From Octopus bimaculoides (taxonomy: Eukaryota), in the NCBI RefSeq assembly GCF_001194135.2, contig NC_068984.1:122924757-122988756 (forward strand): a stretch of 64,000 nucleotides of DNA, in the 5' to 3' direction. The position numbers and the translations under genes are program-made. The number at the start of each line of letters is the position of its first letter. Within the stretch, counting starts at the first letter, position 1. This document shows, piece by piece, positions 1 through 64,000 of this stretch. Under the pieces are notes generated by a model, which saw only the letters and a program-made list of their open reading frames with translations, made no database searches and was not told where the DNA came from.

Positions 1-29
1 AAGTTGATCTTCTGTTTTTTCAACCATAG

Positions 30-59881
<59,852 letters not shown>

Positions 59882-61535
59882 GTAGCTGTCTTTATTAACT
59901 AGACTTCCTAATATTTAGAGACATTTACTTGCAAGCACGTTTATTTATATATATATATATACAAACACACACATGCTGGCCTACCAACCAACAAACCTCT
60001 TGTTAGAATTTCTGATGGTTTTTTTTTGCTTGCATTAACAAATTAGTCTAGTCTATTTAGAGATTGTATGCTCTTCAGCTGAACAACAACACTCATTGCA
60101 TACATACCTACACACACACACACGCGCGCATTATTTGGCTGGTCTTATTGGCATCATGGCTCAAACCAACTCTGACCCTCCTTGCTTAAGCAGAACACTG
60201 CACACACATACACACACTGAGAATCATGCTTGCAATTGACTGCTGATTGGTAGAGTAGTTTGTGTTGGTAGTTACCTTCCTTATGCCAATTGGTAAAGGG
60301 TCATGGTGGTTTAAAGCTTCCTTTCAGTTACAATAATATGAGACCTTATTCTGGATCTTTGATTTAATTTTCAGACTGGAATCCATAATCATATTATGCT
60401 TGTTTCTCTTTAAATAGCATCCATATCCACCATCCACTCAACCCTCCTCCATATTACTGAATGACTTGTCCACCTTATATTCTTCAATGTTCTGATCAAG
60501 TTAGCATGATGAAGTTTCTGGAAACAATGGTACTGTGATGTGGTTCCTGCCTACATCAACTTGCCTTTCTTTCTCTTTGGGTCTGATCAGCTGTGACAAC
60601 CAAAAAATGTTGGGATTGGGTGACACAGAATCTCTAATATTGTGAATCTACCATCCTCAACATTGTTGGGGACTGAATGATATAGCATGTCCATACTTCC
60701 CTAACTTCTTTGAAACAGTAAAGATTGGGTGACAGGACATCTCAACACCAAGCTCCTTCAGTATTACTAAGACTGAAGAACTATGACACCTCCCAAACTC
60801 GCTATTCAGTTATGTACATTAGAGAACTGAGAATGTTCCAGTGGTACCCCAAAGATTTTCGAAGGAACATGGGATAGGGAGGTGTTCCAGTGCTTTACCT
60901 TAGTCATAGAATATTAAAATAAGTGGGCAGCATGAAACCATTTTTTGAGAATAGCATAGAGATGTTTGATGGAACATATCTGATATCTTAGATAGAGAGG
61001 TGAAGCATTGAAAAGTAGGTTTAAATCTGGAACATCAGCTCTGTCAATATCACCAATTTGACTGAAGGCCTCCTCTTCCTCCTCCAACTAATCAAAAATT
61101 GTTTTTAAATGTCTGAAAATTACATTATTGATACTAGCAATATTGGTTTCTTGTAGTTGATTTACACTGCAGATAGTAGGGTAATCACCAATCATACATT
61201 GCCCTACCCATTGCAAATGGTTTTTAGCATGGTTTCCCTTTATCCTCTTTATATTCATTTACTCTTTTATTACAGAGTTGTGCAGTTCATTAAAGTATAT
61301 GAATTGTTAATTGAATTATTTCAATCTTTTTTTTTTAAGAACTCCTTCCACACCTTTGCCAGCCAATGACGGGTCAATAGAGTTCACCCGAGTTTTATTT
61401 TCACTAGAATGTTCTATTTTAATCATTCTTTTCTCCAGCATCTCATCCCTATTTAAGTTTTTATTCCTTGTCATTTAAGCTAGGTCAACCCTTTGTTGAG
61501 CAGACCTATGATCATAACCACTTCCTTCTAGGTGA

Positions 61536-61567
<32 letters not shown>

Positions 61568-61886
61568 ACACACACACATACACACACTGCACAATGTATC
61601 CTTCCCTCATATAAAATGGAGGTATGATTTATGTCAGATTTGGCTGCTGCTATTTTGGTGCTGGTTATAGGGATATAACCATGAGGTTATATCCCTATGA
61701 TATAATGAGGGATAGGCATAAATGCAGTGCTTCCTGCTGGCAGCACCATACAGATCACCATCTTCAAACTACATGGTTTATTTATTTTGACTTTGTGGCT
61801 GATTCAGTTACACATCACTAAGCACACTATCAGCAGTTGGAATCTCAAACTTTTCATGTTGCTTCTCTTGGAAGTTATTCATTTAT

Positions 61887-61937
<51 letters not shown>

Positions 61938-63832
61938 TGCAAGCATTGCATATATCAATACATATATGTATATCCAACAAGAAACTACTATTTCATACTT
62001 ACACACAGATCAAAATCCATGTGCAGTAATATGCATACGTTTATAGAGCTATGTAATAGCTGAGTTGGTATACATAGGCATTCAGATTTATATGCATGTA
62101 CACATACATTCATGCATTTGGACATAAATAAAACATGAATTATTGTTACAAGACTCTCAGCATACATGTCTACCTAGAAATTCGATTCATGAGCATCATT
62201 TTTGATCTTGGCAAGATTTTATGGAAGGAATACTGCTTCTTGATTAGCAACCAGTTCTGTTTTTAGTTGAGGCATATGCAGAACATTCATGCATATAGAC
62301 CTATACAGATATCTACATGCATATATTACAAGCCCCTAATACTTATTTTTGCTAAACTGCTTTTATCATGTCATTCATTGTAGCTTCATTGGAAATACAC
62401 CAACCAACCAACCAAACTGGATTGTTGATCCCTCCTGTTTCAACTATTTTAGGGTCATCATGCTGTTATGATTAAACTTTACACCCTTCTCTTAAGTGTA
62501 GATTCTTTTTCTTAAAATAAACCAAATTCTTTTAATCTATTATTGGGGCCTTTTCCTGATTTGTTACTGAAAACAAAATGAGATAACTCCAAAGGAATAG
62601 ATTTTCTTATGATTATTCCGAAATAACCTGTTATATTTGGTAACAGGTATTCTGTTCCATATCTGAGGACTCTGCGTATCTCATGTGACTACAGATTTAT
62701 CAACACCTGAAAAGTTCCTCTCCATGGCACAGACCAAGGAAAGGTTGTTTTGTTTCTCATTTTTTGTATTTAATGAGAGACAAGCAGTTTCTCTTGCAGA
62801 TCTTCCTTCTCCATGCCATTATTTGAAACGTATGGGCCAAGACAACTTGGCACCACTGTCATAGTGGGCATTACCGTCAGAATATAAAGAGCTGGAACAG
62901 GATACCACAAGATATCCTGTTTGAAACTTTAGCAGTTTTCCAGGTCACAATTTCAGATTGGTACTTATTGGTCCCAAAAGGATAAGAAGCAAAGTTGACC
63001 TTAATGTTATTTGAACCTAGAACACAGAGATCCAGAACAATTACCAAATGCCTTCCTAATGGCTCTGATAATTCAAACCCTTGAATGTATCTGGTAATAC
63101 AGATGTTCTAGCTCTTTTATGATCATTTGGTTATTCCTAATCGTACAGGTGTTCTCAGTGTTCCATGACCATTTGGTTATATATTAAAATACAGCTGTTG
63201 TATCTATCCCTTTGATGTCCTTATAATACCTGGTTGTACCATGAATGCTACACCCATATATTGATAAAATACTGCACTATTAATATGGCAGATTTATCTT
63301 TCTGTCCAAGCACCAACATTTGAGTAGTACCTATTTGTGTAAGTTCATTGAAATATATTCATTAAAAATGTTATTTTGTAGAATCAAATAGGCATCGTAG
63401 TTGACATCAAGACCATCAAGGAATAAAATCCTGACAAGAAAAAAAAAAGAAATTTTATTATTAGTAAACTGACAGCATTTAGAATTAAAATCATGTTTTA
63501 TGACTTCTTACCAAAAATAACCCACACACCTGTTACACTAAATTGATCAGGTTCTTTTATTTCTTTATTTCATCAATAGTAATAATTAAGGAAGAGGGGA
63601 AATTGACCTAATTTTCTTTTCTGAACTGTGAATCTATGAACCAGTTAAATAAGAGCCCACATGGATAATATATCAATTTTATGTGTGTGTTTAAGAAAGC
63701 TTAAATATTTTCACTCTTCTTTTGTACAGTTAAAGCTCCTGGCGAAAGCTATAAACTTTACACAATATTTCATTCCCCTTAACTATAAATTTGAAGTTAC
63801 ATGCTTAAAATGTTATTTTTTTCACCTTGCAA

Positions 63833-63846
63833 TATATATATATATA

Positions 63847-63879
<33 letters not shown>

Positions 63880-63923
63880 GTGTGTGTATATATATATATA
63901 TATATATGTGTATATATATATAT

Positions 63924-63967
<44 letters not shown>

Positions 63968-64000
63968 GTGTGTATATATGTATATATATATATATATATA
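63833..64000. repeat. (TA)n/(TG)n compound microsatellite; (TA)n also at about 2691-2730, 28525-28556, 32159-32203, 50965-51041, 59680-59737; (ATT)n at about 33165-33213 and 47022-47070
   Basis: Direct reading. Confidence 0.95.

Noticed and set aside
60079-60240. Open phase-1 frame after ctcttcAG as a terminal exon
   Set aside because: It runs through (CA)n tracts and gives a low-complexity peptide.

Overview
AT-rich, microsatellite-rich animal genomic DNA with six N gaps. The SINE/LINE repertoire looks like octopus (coleoid cephalopod) as I recall it; this is inference. The whole window lies inside one + strand ankyrin gene (Ank2/unc-44 type). By reading splice sites and phases I reconstructed a frame-consistent exon chain: ZU5-A, ZU5-B, UPA, death domain, then an acidic/Pro-rich C-terminal region. 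The ANK-repeat exons lie upstream and the 3' end probably lies downstream. No giant exon is visible. Beyond the core exons, the locus shows many candidate isoform-generating features: an 18-nt KLKWKS microexon, a 45-nt cassette exon, two in-frame alternative donors, two possible internal first exons that would drop the membrane-binding domain, phase-1 symmetric tail exons with read-through stops, and RBFOX/QKI-type motifs. Several codons sit one A-to-G change from the ankyrin consensus and are candidate restorative RNA-editing sites. Introns hold a full-length frame-intact but dead mariner, a deleted DD37D (maT-like) transposon, an RTE-like LINE fragment, several SINE families and degenerate minisatellites. 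Consensus comparisons are from memory and need alignment. All isoform claims need RNA data.
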